Assembly: GCF_001194135.2 (NCBI RefSeq) | Contig: NC_068988.1 | Span: forward strand, 34,715,109 to 34,779,108 | DNA: 64,000 nt | Direction of reading: 5' to 3' | Source of the DNA: Octopus bimaculoides | Lineage: Eukaryota | Shown: one piece after another, positions 11,811-26,145 of the stretch | How positions within the stretch are numbered: the first letter of the stretch is position 1 | How the letters are laid out: each line of letters opens with the position of its first letter | Notes under the pieces: model-generated | The model's input: the letters and a program-made list of their open reading frames with translations, nothing else | Told to the model about the DNA's origin: nothing | Databases searched by the model: none | Program-made: the position numbers and the translations under genes

Positions 11811-13279
11811 AATAATAATAATAATAATAATAATGATAATAATAATGATAATAACAATAACAATTTTTTATTAACCGTTAAGAGTTCACAAAATCATGAG
11901 GAATGGTACAGGTTAATATGATTTTGGATTCCATAAAGGAGCATGTAAGAAGAAGAGCAACAGTATATATAAATTTCAACAATGAATAATTCCCAGCACT
12001 GTGCCATTATTATTATTGGTATTATTTTGGAGGAGGAATATGATAAAATAACTTCAACGTTAAAATACCCTCACCATCAAATTTTTAACTAAGAATCTAG
12101 AGGTTATTGATGATGATGATTTGTAGGAGAGGTTTGATGAAAAGTTGTAGCTGTTATTGGCTATCTAACTTTTGGTTCTCTCTGTATATGTGTATGTATG
12201 AAATTTCTTCTTTCATCAATAGGAGTTGTCTCTCATCTCTATTCTTCATTCTGTTTTGTTTACCTACATACATTCCTTCTCCACTCTATTTTGCTATTTC
12301 ATGATTTTTCACTCCCTTTTCTCTATAATTTATAATCTCCATATGTGGGGATTGCTGCAGTTTTTGGTAATTTCTTGAACTAGAACTGATGCATACCTGC
12401 TCCTCTCCCTCACATTAGCTTCTTATAACAAGACAGTATACCTTTAACAAACAGTTTATTTTCATTCAGCTATTGCATAAAGAAAATTCATCTCTTTTGT
12501 CAACATGTATTGCTTCTTGCTTTTAAAATATCATTAATCTATTTTGTTTACTTTATTTCAAATTCACTCTGTTTTATAATTCAGCCATTTTGTTTTTGTT
12601 TTTTTTTTACTTTTTGTTATTTCATGATATTCTATGATTTCCTATAATGTTATCCTTTAAAATCTCATTAATCTATTTTGTTTACCTACCTCATCATCTA
12701 TGCAAACTCCCTTTTCTCTTATAAGCCATTTAGATTTTCCTATTTCACAATTCCTTTGATTTTGTTTAAATCTAATGATCTTATCAAATATTTAGCTTGA
12801 AGTCAAGGTTAACACACTGCAATCTATTGCTGCCACCTATAAATCTTGCCTACTCTTAAAAATCTTCCGATGGTACTGAGTAACTGACAAATAATCTACC
12901 CACATCAACTCTTCAAATACCCAGTCCAATTACCAAATAACAAGAAAAGACCTGTTTCCTTTAGTTACAAGTAAAGGGGCTGATGTGGATGTTCAGCCAA
13001 ATAATAAGAAACATCAATGGAATTGATGTAAAAACTGGATTGACTTATCATCAGTGGTTTAACATTCACTTTTCCATGCTTGCATGGGTCACACAGATTT
13101 TGCCAAGGCAGATTTTCTACTGCTGCATGTGCTTCCTGTCACCAACCTCCACCCATTTCCTAGCAGGATGATATTTCCCCATGACCAGACATATTTTCAT
13201 GGCAGATTGGAAATATATGACACCACTTTTGTGGTGGTATTTGTTTACTATTATCATACAGTGTCAGGGCAGGGAAACA

Positions 13280-13348
13280 AGCACACTCACACAACACACA
13301 TGCATACATACAACGTAAGTATGCAGACATGCACATATGTGTACACTC

Positions 13349-13435
<87 letters not shown>

Positions 13436-13600
13436 TGGCTTCTAGTTTCTGTTTATCAGATCCACTCACAAGGCTTTGATTGTCTTGAGACTATAGTGGA
13501 AAACATTTGCCCAACATACAGTGCAGTGGGAGGACTGAACTGAAAACCATTTGACTGAAAAGCAAACTTTTTCACCCTACAATCATACCTGTACCTATTG
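13280..13600 (-). mobile_element. bipartite SINE remnant carrying a long (CA)n tract (13354-13430)
   Basis: Post-microsatellite part matches the 54380-54520 copy. Confidence 0.6.
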
Positions 13601-13809
13601 ACAATAAGCAGTTTCTCATTCATACACAAGGAAGACTGTATGATGCATGTGTAAAGGAATGTCTTGTTGTATGTATAGTAATCCTTCGCCATGTCACAGT
13701 TCACCTATCATGGTTTATTATTTAAGCTTATGTTGATTCCTCCATGGTGTTGTTCTGCATTTATAATAAATTAAATATATACAATTATAAAAATAGTAAA
13801 AAAATACAT

Positions 13810-13897
13810 TCAGTAAAGTACTGTTTCTACTTCGCAGATTTTCACCTATCACAGGGGTTTTGGGAACATAGCACCCGCGATAGTCAAGGGATTACTG
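13810..13897 (-). mobile_element. terminal fragment of a pogo/Tigger-like DNA transposon
   Basis: Minus strand TA|CAGTAATCCCTTGACTATCGCGGGTGCTATGTTCCC resembles pogo-family TIRs. The partner end was not found. Confidence 0.5.
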
Positions 13898-16059
13898 TAT
13901 GTCTGTATGTGTGTGTGTATATATGCCTACCTATATATAAAGGTATTGCTGTATGGGTAGGAAGGGCAGTTTGGAACTATGAGGTTTTGTGTTTGTTTTC
14001 ATTGTGTGGGCAGTTTTGGCTGATGTCTTCTACTATAATTGTGGGTTGACCAATGTCTTGTGGATGAAATATAGTTGACAGAAATTAGAAGTCACCCATC
14101 ATGTGTGTAGGTGTGCACATGTGTGCATGTACATGGATGAGTTTGTATTCCCCTTGTCTTGACTTGTGCACACCCGCTGCATACAAAAGTCCTTGTTCAT
14201 GCAAACATTGTCATTTGTTTATATTCCTTTATGAAATCATGGTAGAGGTGTTTGTAATTTGATAGACTAGAAAAAAAATAACTTGCTTGGAAAAGGTGAG
14301 GGTCAGTCACAGGAAGATCATCTGACTATTGAAAATTCTACCAGTTTCATCTGATCTGTTCAGCCTGGGAGAAGAGATACTGAAAAAGCTTGTGTGTGTG
14401 TGTGTATACACACACATACATATTCACACACACTTTTTTTCATACTGGCATGTGCTGGACAGATATTTACTTAAGGTAGTACTTTATGTCCATCCAGGCA
14501 TCCTTCTTGTTGCCTTATTTTAATTTTTTTCTCTAGTCAGAAATTTTTTATTTTATCTCACTAGACTTTGAAAGTGCAGAATAACAGGAAATGCAAGCGT
14601 GTCATCACTGTTTTGCTGTTCAGATCAACTTGTGAAAATTCAGAAATGTCAGCATTCATGCATGCATCCCATTCCACCCCACTCACGCATGGGGGTCTGC
14701 CAGAAGCCAATAGGCTTATTAGGTTGGATTTTATCTCAATTTCCATGGGTTACAACACTCCATTTCCAAGGTTACAACACTCTTTAAAAGAATGCTAATC
14801 TGTCAAAAGTCTAACACTTAACTGTTACCTGTCATTTTCAGCAATGTGCCCTTCTCAGGTTGGGGAACAAAACTGCAACTTTACAACTTTGAGTGTAGTG
14901 CCCTAAACATTGAGCTGCACACTTTCACTATGCTCAAGCATGTGCATGTGCACACACATATATGCACCCCCCCCCCCCACATACACACAGAAGATGGGTT
15001 TGCATACAGATAGTTTCCTTCTACTGGTTCCATTCACAAAGCATTACTCAGCCTCATGCTACAATAGAAGTCACTTATCCAAGGTGACATGCAGTAGGAT
15101 TGAACCTGAAACTGCATGGTTACAAAGCAAACTCTGTATTTATGTAGTTAACCCATGAGGATTTATAATCAGGCACTCGACTCCTTATTTTCCTGTAGTT
15201 TTAAAATGTGTGAGAGATAATAATTGTATAAATGCATTGCACACATGAATATACATGTATTTATATAACTTGCTATTTGTGTGTGTGTGTGTATATAATT
15301 TATTAAAAATGAATCTAAATTATTTCTACTGTGCATATAGCATTATATTTTTTATATTCTGTAAACATATGACATTTCTCTGTGGGAAAATTGTATGTTT
15401 CTATAAACATATTTATGTATCTTTTGAAATAATGGATGAGAGGAATATGAGCTTTATGTGATTATGTATTTCTACTCATAATATGTACCCATATATATAA
15501 ATATATGTATGCATACCTACATAACTATGCAAATGCTTGTATAGTATGAACACAGATTTACATTGACAGATATTTTATTATTATTCTTAAACACACACAC
15601 ACACAAACACATATCAGTGTATGTTATGTTTATGCACAATGTGGTTAAATGAGGAATAATTTTTTTTCAAGAAATAAAGAAAACTGTTAGACAGAAGAGA
15701 TTTTGATAAATTGTAGATGATTCTTGCAAAGACTGTAATTAAGGGACCTTTCACATCAAGATATGTTTTGCTTCCATCTCCCTGAGACAATCTGGTGCCA
15801 GTGCTAACGTTAAGATAGCTGAAAAACAAACTCTTTTGCTATTTGTTTATTGCTATAAAGAATACTCAGAATATTTTGCATTTACTCTAAAAGGAACACC
15901 CCATATCCCAATTTCATTTTTCTGTAAACATTAAACAGTTTAAATTTGTCAAGTGTTATCCTTCAGAAAATAGCAATAATATAAGAAAATTATCATTATT
16001 ATTACTGTCGTTGTTATTGTCATCGTTGTTAATATTGTTAATAATATATTCCTTGGGTT

Positions 16060-16490
16060 GTAAGCTGGCAGAATCATTTGCGTGTTGGACAAAATGCTTT
16101 GTAGCATTTCTTCCAGCTCTTTATGCCCTGAGTTCAAATTCCACTGAGGTTGACTTTGTCTTTCATCCTTATGGAGTCAATAAAATATGTACCAGTCAAG
16201 TACTGAGGTCAATGTTATTGCTTAAACCCCTCTCCCAAAATTTCAGGCCTTGTACCTAGAGTAGAAAAAATTATTATTATTATTATTATTAAGATAGCAA
16301 ATTAGCAGAACTGTTAGCACACCAGGTGAAATGCTTTGCAGCATCTTGTCTGTCCTAATATCCTGAGTTCAAATTGCTTTACATCCATTTGGGTTGATAA
16401 ATTAAATACCAGTTGAGCACTAGGGTTGCTGTAATCGACTAGTCCCTTCCTTGCAAATTTCAGGCCTTGTGCCTTTAGTAGAAAGGAGTT
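16060..16490 (+). mobile_element. head-to-tail dimer of ATT-tail SINEs
   Basis: Two colinear copies (about 16060-16270 and 16290-16490) joined by (ATT)n; both have a gagttcaaatt B-box and an aaatttcaggccttgt..ct...gtagaaa end. Confidence 0.8.
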
Positions 16491-16786
16491 AAGAAGTGAA
16501 ACAGAGACAAGCAGAAGCAAAAAAAAAAAATGCCGCTGTTACTTGAATACTATACAAATATATCTTTAAAAAAACTTTTCTTTTAAATTTACCAAAATTT
16601 AATTTTTCAATAATTTTTCAAATATCTATTATTCATATTTACTGTTGAAAAGATCTCAAGGATCGAAACTGGTTCTGTAATGTTCTTTATAAAAGTATTT
16701 TAGCATTTTCTACTTTGTCTTTTTTCCATATATATCTACTCGTGTGTTCCTCTTCAACCTTTTACACACACACACACACACACACA

Positions 16787-17447
16787 NNNNNNNNNNNNNN
16801 NNNNNNNNNNNNNNNNNNNNNNNNNNNNNNNNNNNNNNNNNNNNNNNNNNNNNNNNNNNNNNNNNNNNNNNNNNNNNNNNNNNNNNNNNNNNNNNNNNNN
16901 NNNNNNNNNNNNNNNNNNNNNNNNNNNNNNNNNNNNNNNNNNNNNNNNNNNNNNNNNNNNNNNNNNNNNNNNNNNNNNNNNNNNNNNNNNNNNNNNNNNN
17001 NNNNNNNNNNNNNNNNNNNNNNNNNNNNNNNNNNNNNNNNNNNNNNNNNNNNNNNNNNNNNNNNNNNNNNNNNNNNNNNNNNNNNNNNNNNNNNNNNNNN
17101 NNNNNNNNNNNNNNNNNNNNNNNNNNNNNNNNNNNNNNNNNNNNNNNNNNNNNNNNNNNNNNNNNNNNNNNNNNNNNNNNNNNNNNNNNNNNNNNNNNNN
17201 NNNNNNNNNNNNNNNNNNNNNNNNNNNNNNNNNNNNNNNNNNNNNNNNNNNNNNNNNNNNNNNNNNNNNNNNNNNNNNNNNNNNNNNNNNNNNNNNNNNN
17301 NNNNNNNNNNNNNNNNNNNNNNNNNNNNNNNNNNNNNNNNNNNNNNNNNNNNNNNNNNNNNNNNNNNNNNNNNNNNNNNNNNNNNNNNNNNNNNNNNNNN
17401 NNNNNNNNNNNNNNNNNNNNNNNNNNNNNNNNNNNNNNNNNNNNNNN
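16787..17447. other. assembly gap (N run) after (CA)n
   Basis: 661 N in the sequence. Confidence 1.
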
Positions 17448-17998
17448 ATGCAAAGAGCCATAAATATATCAAACAAAAAACAAACACTATCTGTCATTGA
17501 CTAATTAACAAACTCACCCAACTCTGGATATATTTCAGCTTTATTAAACCTCTTTAGCTAAGCATAAACTTCACTCTACTTGCTAAAGTAGTCATGAGAG
17601 ACTCACTGTGCAAATGTATAATACATATTTGTAAGCATCAAAAAGTAGAAATATTCAGGAATTTTTTTTGTTGGATGTTTGGACAGTACTCAGAATAGAA
17701 TAGACTAGAATGTAAATTCTAAAATAGAAATGTATTTATTTTTCTATGTTGATACAAGCCTCAGTATTTTAGTTGCAAACATCAAAGTATGAGGGGAGTC
17801 TTTTTTTTTCTTTCCTTCTTTTACTCCAATGCCTGTTGCAAGACTGAAACCATAGTCTTTTTTTAAAAGTTCTTCAACAAGCTCTAACTAAAATAGACCT
17901 CAACTACACACTATTCTGTTGTTATACAAATCCAGAAATAGTCTCTCTCTCTCTCTCTCTCTCTTTTGTCCCATTAATCCAGTGTGTGCATGTGTACA

Positions 17999-18064
<66 letters not shown>

Positions 18065-19529
18065 NNNNNNNNNNNNNNNNNNNNNNNCCACACACACACG
18101 TATTCACATACATCATAAGAAGAACAGTATTTCTGGCAGTGGTTTGTGTACTGTGTTCAAATGTGGGTTGAGGTTGTGGGCATGGGGGTTCCAATAGAAT
18201 TTTTCTGATTAATCAATGTCCACTCCTCTGTTATCTTACTTCCCATATCTGTATTGCTCATTCTCTCCCACCTTTCTCTCTCCTCATGAGTTGTGGATCC
18301 CCCCTTCCCATTATCTCACTCTTATTTGCATCCTGCTCTCAGTTTTTCTCTTTCTAAGCTGCTGTCTGTATATTTGTCTGTCCTTCTCTAACCTCCCTCA
18401 CACACACACACACACACACACTGGCTGTTTTCTGCCTTCTTTGATTTCCTTCCCCCTCTCTCTCTCTTTCTCTTCCTCTCTATCACTACTGAGGGAAGTA
18501 GAGGCTCTCATTCTATCACTTCTAATTTTTTTCATCTTCAGTTTATGGGAAATGAGCACATCTAGTTTTCTGATTTATACTTCCAAATTCAGATACTGAT
18601 TTGACTTTCTATTATTACTGTGATAATGCTAGTGCATTGGAAAAATCATTAGAACTTTAGACAAAATATCTTGAGGTATTTCTTCCTTACCTTAAGTTCT
18701 ATGTTCAAATTTAACTGAGGTTAACTTTACTTTTCCTTCCTCTGAGGATGATAATGTGCAAGTCCTGTAGTGTTGACGAAGACATTGAATAACACCATTT
18801 TCCTTTCATTGTTCTGGGGTTGATAAAGAACCAGGCTATGATAGTGAATTGGAGAAATTACTAATATGTGGAATTAGATACTTTGTGGCACTTGCTCCAG
18901 CTCTTTGTGTACTGAGTTTAGACTTTACCTTGGAGCCTAAAAAGCCCACTCACCAATCCAGTATAGTATGTAAGACAAATCTTCAAAACATGCCAACACC
19001 ATACAGATGCTGCTGGATCTAGTCAAAAAGTACATATGTATGTGTGTGGGGGTGGGGTCTTCCAGCTGGATCAACAAGTAACCTGATAATCATCCGAGAC
19101 ATAATATGAATTTATATGATACCAGAAAACAAAAAGTAAGTAAATAAGCAAATTTTGTAATTCCCTTCGGCTACTTTGTTTCTCTTTTCTCTTTCAATAT
19201 GTGGTTATTTTTTATTTAACCTCATGTTAGCCAGTATACATTCAATCAAATTATCAAATGTTTATTGTATGTTTATGACAATGTTATCCACTATGCTCTT
19301 TCATAGCTGGGTATGGATTGAGGGAAATTTTGTTGCTACATTTAGCAGGCTGAACAGGTATCAGCAATATGCAAAAGTTCCCTTTCTTGATCAAGTTGAA
19401 CTTTCCTTATTGGCTCACTGCTGGCTTTTGTTTATGAATGGGCTTTTTTTATGGTGAAAGACTGTAATGGCTTTTAGTTCACAGTTGTGCCTATTATAAA
19501 AAAAAAAAAAAAAGAAATGAAGACAGGTC

Positions 19530-20040
19530 CTGAAGAGCAATCAAAGAAGATCAATGGTTCCTATGTTATTGCTGGCATTGCATAATGGCAAGCAAGGATC
19601 AAGAAACTTTGTTCTCTATCATGAAGACCACTCAACTGTGAAGCAGGTACTGTCAGTGTGGTTACAGTTCATTACCCCAAACTATAGCTACATTGTAGAA
19701 ATAATACATTGGCTTGCACTTCTGAGACTGTTAATCTTGGGGTGAGGTGTGGAATTGAGATTTATCTTTCATCTGATTATCACTGCAGAAACTTGCCACT
19801 TGCATGGATCCATATGACGATACACAGATCCATGAACTAAACATAGCTCTTGTTAGCTGGCACCTACTTGACAGTCAGCCATGGAAGGACTCACACAGAA
19901 GTGGCTTTCTATTAGGCCAAAGCATGATGTATCTTGCAAGTGTGCTCAATCTGTGGAACGCTCCCCTGTGCATTTAATTGGTCACCTCCGTGCCAAAGGT
20001 TTGCTTACTTGAGTAATTTCCTGCAGCTACTTCAAATGTA
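19530..20040 (-). mobile_element. possible ancient Jockey/CR1-like LINE 3' relic
   Basis: Only scattered motif resemblance on the minus strand (SHIW.HAS, YFYN...NEL). No intact frame. Confidence 0.25.
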
Positions 20041-20054
20041 ACTTCCAGCAATAC

Positions 20055-20091
<37 letters not shown>

Positions 20092-23000
20092 TGCAAGAAT
20101 CACTTCCTAAAATTACATAAATAACAACCACCACAGTAATAAGGGTAATAATCTTCATCATTGCCATCGTCAACATCATGGCCTTCATCACACTATCACC
20201 ATCATAGTTATTAGCATAGTCATCATAAACATTTTAATATCGCTTATCTGTACCATATTCACAATCACCACCAATAGTAATAACTACCGTTACTATCATC
20301 ATTAGCATGACCCTTGGTATTTTAATAACCAGCTATCAAAAGTAGAATCACCATCATCATCGTCTTTGCTTTTATAAAAGCGAAAATTAATTTTCTCTGT
20401 CTATTGTCTGAGGTACAACCTGCTAGCAATAGAAAGGTGCACTTTTACAGTTGTTTTTTTGTACAAAAATAGTTTCTTCATGTATGTAAAGCTAATTTCA
20501 CATTTGTATTGCACATTCAGATAACCTTGTTTCATCTGTGGGACAGCAAAAGGGTGGGGGTAAAAAAAGAGGGACAGAAAGAGAAAGAGAGATGAGAGAG
20601 ATAGAGAGAGAGAATGGGCGAGATAGAGAACGAAAAAAATATAGAGATAGATTTGTTTGGGACGTAGAGATTAAAAGTGGTAGAAATAGAGTTCAGAGTA
20701 AAGGTGAAGACTATGAATGTGATGGTTTATAAAAGAAAGGAGAGTGAAATATGGTGAGAGAGAGAGAGTAATAAACAGAAAGAAAGAGAAATAGAGAGAA
20801 TGAGTGAGAGCAATGAGGATTAGTGTAAGTTGAAGGAATAAAGGAGGCAAAGTGTGAGAGAGAATGTAGGCTGGAGAGAGAGAGCAGTTTTAAGGTATAT
20901 GAATATTGAAGGTAGAGTAAGAGGTATATTGGGTATGGTGTGCGTGTGTATTGGTAGGGTGGAAGTAAAGAAAGGAGAGCCTGAAATTTATATGTAACCT
21001 TGTTGCATTGTGACTGTAGAAGATGGAGATAAAGAACAGGAATTTTGCTGTTAGACTGAACATATAATAATAATCACAACCATTGTTAATATTAATAGAT
21101 ATATTTATTGCTCTTGTTTTGTTGTTGTTATTCTTTGTGTAGTTGTTTTTGGAACTTTTTTTTTACATATAAATAGTTTTGACAGTGTTGTTGTTGTCCT
21201 CTTTTTTTTTCTGTGTTGTTGCTGTTGTTGTTGTTATGATGTTGTCTCCCTTGTTAGCTCTTTAAAGAGGTTGTTGTTTGCCTTGAATAGACACGGTATA
21301 CATAGTAGTGAACATTATAGATTGCTTATGCGTTCATTGGAGAATGTTATAAGCTGATTTAGGACAGATGCCGTTGTTAGCCAGAGCAAAAGTAGTTTTA
21401 ATATGCTTGCTGCAGAGATTGTTCTGAATATAAGTTGCGGTTGAGGGAAGAGGCTTTTCGTTTTGGTAAAGCTGAAGTAATTGTACATTTTTGTTGAAGT
21501 AGAAAAAGTTCATTGGTAGAATGTTATAAGCGGGTTTGAGAAAGAAAAGAAAAAAAAAAATGTCTTTGATGTATTATTTGGTTCTAAGAAAAAAGAAGCA
21601 AAAAAAAAAATGAAATACTGAATTCTGAGGAGTCTGTTGGAAGCTGATTAAACAAGTCTCTTCTAGTAAGCAAGATTAGATGTAGTATTGGTTTGGAGTA
21701 GACAATGTTATGGATTCTGGTAAATATTGTTAGAAGTTGGTTGCCCAATTGAATGTTGTTGCAAAGGCTGGAAGTGAAGTAGCTGGGTCTTTTTAGTGTA
21801 AGTGGAGTATCTTTATGAGGTTAGGGATATGATGTCACAAAGTGTTTGGAGCTGTTTCACTAACCTGATGTTTTAACCCAAACAAAGGATTCTTTAAAGA
21901 AGGATCAAGCCACTAAAAAAAAGCAGTCAAGTTACATTCCTCAAGCCGCATCCTACTCATCATCATCATTTTTGTTTTCACATCAACTTTTTCATGCGTG
22001 CTTGGATGAGTTAGACGAAATTTGTTGGGGCAGATTTTTTTGTACATCTGGATACTCTTCATGCCAACAACCCAACAACCTTTACCCATTTCCAAGTGAG
22101 CTATATTTTCCTTTGTCCTTCAATCATGAACAGATTAGTGGACAGATGCAATTTCACAGAAGATTTCAAATGAATGTTACCTTGTGTGACTGAATTTTGT
22201 TGATAACTCTCATGTGCATATGTTAAGACAAGGAAATATGCACACATACACCTACATTCATGCTCACCTACATATCCATCCATCCATCTATCTTCCTATC
22301 TATCTCTCTATCTAATGGGATTCTTCCAGTCTCTATATTCCAAATCTTTTCTCAAAACCCTTCTGTATCTAAATAAAAAGGGAGGTTATATTGAATCATT
22401 GACATAGTTCTATAGAACTTGTGAGATAAGATGGTACTGCTTTGGCTGGAATGCATTTGATTTTATGTTTTGTTTGTAAGTATTGGCCTTGGGCTAAATA
22501 ATAACTTTGAATGTTTTGGGGTCTGTGAAGAATGAAGGACTTGGTTGAGCAATTTTATTTGACTGGGTAAAGGTTAGTATTCTGGCAGGGGTTAAGCATG
22601 TTGTAATTTTACTGGTCACTTTGTTGTTGTTACATAAAATACAACACCAGTTTAACCCTTTTGATACCAACTTGCTTGCCAAAAACCACTTTTGCTATAA
22701 ATTTATTTTCTATCAAAGCTTCATGTTAGTTTATGTTCCAATAATTGGTAATGGTAAAAGTTATTTTACTAAATTCTTCTTTATTTTCAAAATTGAAATG
22801 AAAACAAATATATATTTCCGTTGAAATCCATGAATGTAAGGATTGGAACAAATAAAACTACAAATGTTTCATGACAAAGAGATGTGTCGTACATAAAAAG
22901 CATTGCTTTGTTATGTAAACAATTTATTGGTAATAGGACCTGAAAATTAGCTAAGCTGGTTTTATGTAAGAAGTATCACTTTGCTATGAAATGTTTGTAG

Positions 23001-24492
23001 TCTGTATTTTCCCTGTTCCATTCCTTATTTTCTTAGATTTTTATTTGTATTTTTAACAAATTTGGTTGCTAAACTGTGAGTTGTATGGTGACTGTCAGCT
23101 AATTAAAATTTCTATTAATTTCAACATGTGATGAAGTGTGTAACCTACTAATGTTAATAAGCTCATTGTATTTCATATTGTCCACCTTTTGTCATTTGTG
23201 CTAGCCGCATAAATGCTTGAAGCTTACTAACTTCCTTCACTTGGGATGTAAATTCATTTCAGGCAATGGTAGTGGTGGTGCTAATGATGGGAGTTGTGAT
23301 AATAGTGTTGTTTTTGCTGTTTAGCCATTGCATGGTATTGCATGGATTGTACAGAATTTTACCTATTACTATTTCCGTTCAGATATATATATAAGGTAAT
23401 GAAGGGGTTAAACAAACTTTTTGTCTTCTTAAGTGAGTTTGTCTTTTATAAACTGTTGCAGCTTTTCAGGTTCTCGATGGATGGAATCCTATTGGATTGA
23501 ATTAGCCATCTTGTAAGATCTATGCTTTGATTGTGTGGGCAGCATAGTCCCACAATATTCAACCGTTCAAGGAGGAACAGCAGGAGAAAGAAATAAACCT
23601 CTGACTGCTTCCAGCATTCTCTTTTTTTAAACTTGCATGAAATACACACAATGTCAATTCATTTCAGGCATTGATGACGGTGGTGGTGGTGGTGGAAGTT
23701 GTGGCAATAGTGTTGGTTTCGTTGTTTAGCCATGGGTTTATCTGTCGTCATCATCATCATAATACCCACTTTTCCATGCTTGCATGGATTGTACAAAATT
23801 TTGTTGAGGCAGATTTTTCTCTGGCTTGATGCCCTTCCTGTTGCCACCCCTCATCTGTTTCTAAGTAAGATAATATTTCCCCAAGACTGGACATGTTTTC
23901 ACAGAATATAGGAAACAAAGTATACCAGTCGCATTGCAGTGTTATTCATTTACAACTGTCACATGATGTCAAGGCCAGGAGACAAGACACTTGCCCAAAA
24001 TGTCATGCAGTGGGATTGAACCCAGAACCATGTGGTTGGCATGCAAACTTCTTATCACACAACCACACCTGTACTTATAAATGATCAAATACATGATCAG
24101 AGATTCCAGTCCTTGCTATTCCAACTATTTTTGTCTCTAACAGTTACTGCTTTGTTCATCGTATTCTTCTTTACTTGAAAGGGTATGGTGTAATTTTTGA
24201 GAGAAATTTGACACCAATTTTTAACAATTGAAATGAGTGCATCCAAGACCCTCCACCACCACTATTGGCTTATTGTTATACTTACTTTCAAGACAATTCT
24301 AGTTGAACAGATTTATCAATATTGGCAGTCAATTATGCTTTTCATCCTTTTAGGGTTCATAAAAAATGTACCCATTCAGGGTAGTGGATTGCAACTATAA
24401 GAACATTGGACTGCATGCCTTATGATATTTACTCTAGCAGTTTGCATCAAAAGGTCACATCCCACCATGGTCTATTTAGAAAGTAGCCTTAA

Positions 24493-24713
24493 CGCTTTAA
24501 TATTTAAACTGGCCACATCCAGCTCAAGTGTTCTATCTGTTCTATGTTCAAACCAACCAGTTTCAGTTTCTTAGACCAACCCTACAATGCCATTTTAAAA
24601 ATAAACAGTCACATCATCGAAATCTTGAAGTTATGAGATAGTGCATGATTTAATTCAAAACAATGTGAATAAATAAGTATCACATTTGATGGAGTAATCT
24701 GAATGCTAAAAGG
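24493..24713. mobile_element. piggyBac-type MITE
   Basis: TTAA|cgctttaatattt ... gaatgctaaaagg|TTAA. Internal sequence is shared with 26759-26926 and 61184-61314. Confidence 0.7.
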
Positions 24714-24911
24714 TTAATCTGTTACTAAGTTGAACAGAACTATGGCACTGTAGGTGCCTTGAGCCAAGTCTTACCCACTGGTCTTCACAGCAATGAAGAA
24801 GTTATAGGTTTTGCCTTCTTTCTCAGTAAAAGTTGAAAGATCAAATATCAAAACAAAAAAATCTGTGACCAATCTGAGAGTACCTCTAGGCAATTGTTGA
24901 ACCTTTTAGAA

Positions 24912-25112
24912 TGGTGGTTCTCAACAGCAGGTTCCCAGAGCTGCATGCAGTGCTCAAGCATCCTTTCAACAGCCTTTAACAGTGTTCCCTCTATAAATGT
25001 AATAATTTTTTCTTTAATTGACTCATGTTTTTACTTCTTTTGATGCAGCCTCCTAAAAAAAAACCTCAGGTTTTGGATCAGATCTGGATATTAAAAAGGT
25101 TGAGAACCACTG
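24912..25112. mobile_element. hAT (Charlie-like) MITE
   Basis: Ends tggtggttctcaac and gttgagaaccactg; 8-bp flanks ttttagaa / ctttagaa (7 of 8 match). Confidence 0.8.
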
Positions 25113-26104
25113 CTTTAGAAACTAGTTAAATATCTTATGACTCAAACCCTACTGTTTCAGGGAATCCAAAATAAGAATTTGTCATCTGATCTGTATTGAT
25201 TACCAATATGGGTGTAGTTCTAAAAACCTGTGCCCCACAGTAAATGCTACAGATCTTGATGCTTCATATATCATTAACTCATTTAAATACCTGACATCAC
25301 CTCTGTATTTTGTTATTCTCAAAGCATTTCTTTTTTTTTTATTTCTTTCATACCACATCTTTGCAATCAGCTGTGTCACTTTTTCTGTTGTGTGTCTACC
25401 TCTGGATTTGGTATGAATGCCCACACTGCAAGCTTCTTTGTGTGAAGGCAATTTGTGTTATTTCTGTGACTTATAATTAGATTAATCAAATTATATTATT
25501 ATTTTTTATCATGCAAATATAGATGAATATTTGGGAATGAAAATCAAAAAGTAAAACAAAAAGAAATAGTAAAGAACTTGAAAAAAATTATATTGAACAG
25601 AACCAGAAAACAAAGAAAAATAAATAAAATAACTGAAAGAAAAAGGGATAATTAACAAAATAAAAACCAAAAGAAATGTAAAATGAGGCAGAAAAGACAA
25701 AAAAAAAACAAAAACAAAAAAACATTGATCTGACATTAAATGTAAAGTTTATTGATCTCCAAGTTTGCAAGAGACAAATCTATTGGTAAAAAAAAAGACA
25801 ACAGTAGCAGCAGCAACAAGAATTAAAAATAGCAATAATAATAATAACAGTAATATCTTTGACAACAACAAAAACTACTACTACTACTACTACTTGAAAG
25901 AATGTGCATAGAATTTCTGCTGTGGCAAGGTATTCTTTCATTATGGTACAGTATAGGTAATGGTGGTGGTGGTAGTAGTAGTAGTAGTAATGGAAACATG
26001 TTGGCAGCTTTTGTTGATCCACTGTTGCAGAAACTGTAAAGAAACACAGGACTAACTGTGATTATGCAGAGAAACAGTAATGACAAGGAAACCTTTTGTA
26101 TGCA

Positions 26105-26145
<41 letters not shown>

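Noticed and set aside
12523-12685. 29-bp direct repeat about 134 bp apart
   Set aside because: Only two AT-rich copies; a local duplication, not a CRISPR-like array.
15750-15821. Minus-strand acceptor gtttgtttttcag| giving ILTLALAPDCLREMEAKHILM* or YLNVSTGTRLSQGDGSKTYLDVK
   Set aside because: No good donor and no recognisable product; kept only as a possible alternative last exon.
25371-25410. + strand 40-nt exon-like segment with good splice sites (similar cases at 57147 and near 58493)
   Set aside because: Isolated and unlinked; it shows that chance exon-like signals are common here, which lowers confidence in all exon calls.
25200-25451. 83-aa ORF with faint HMG-box-like EKVTQLIAKMWYE
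   Set aside because: Crosses a poly-A run and lacks the other HMG motifs.
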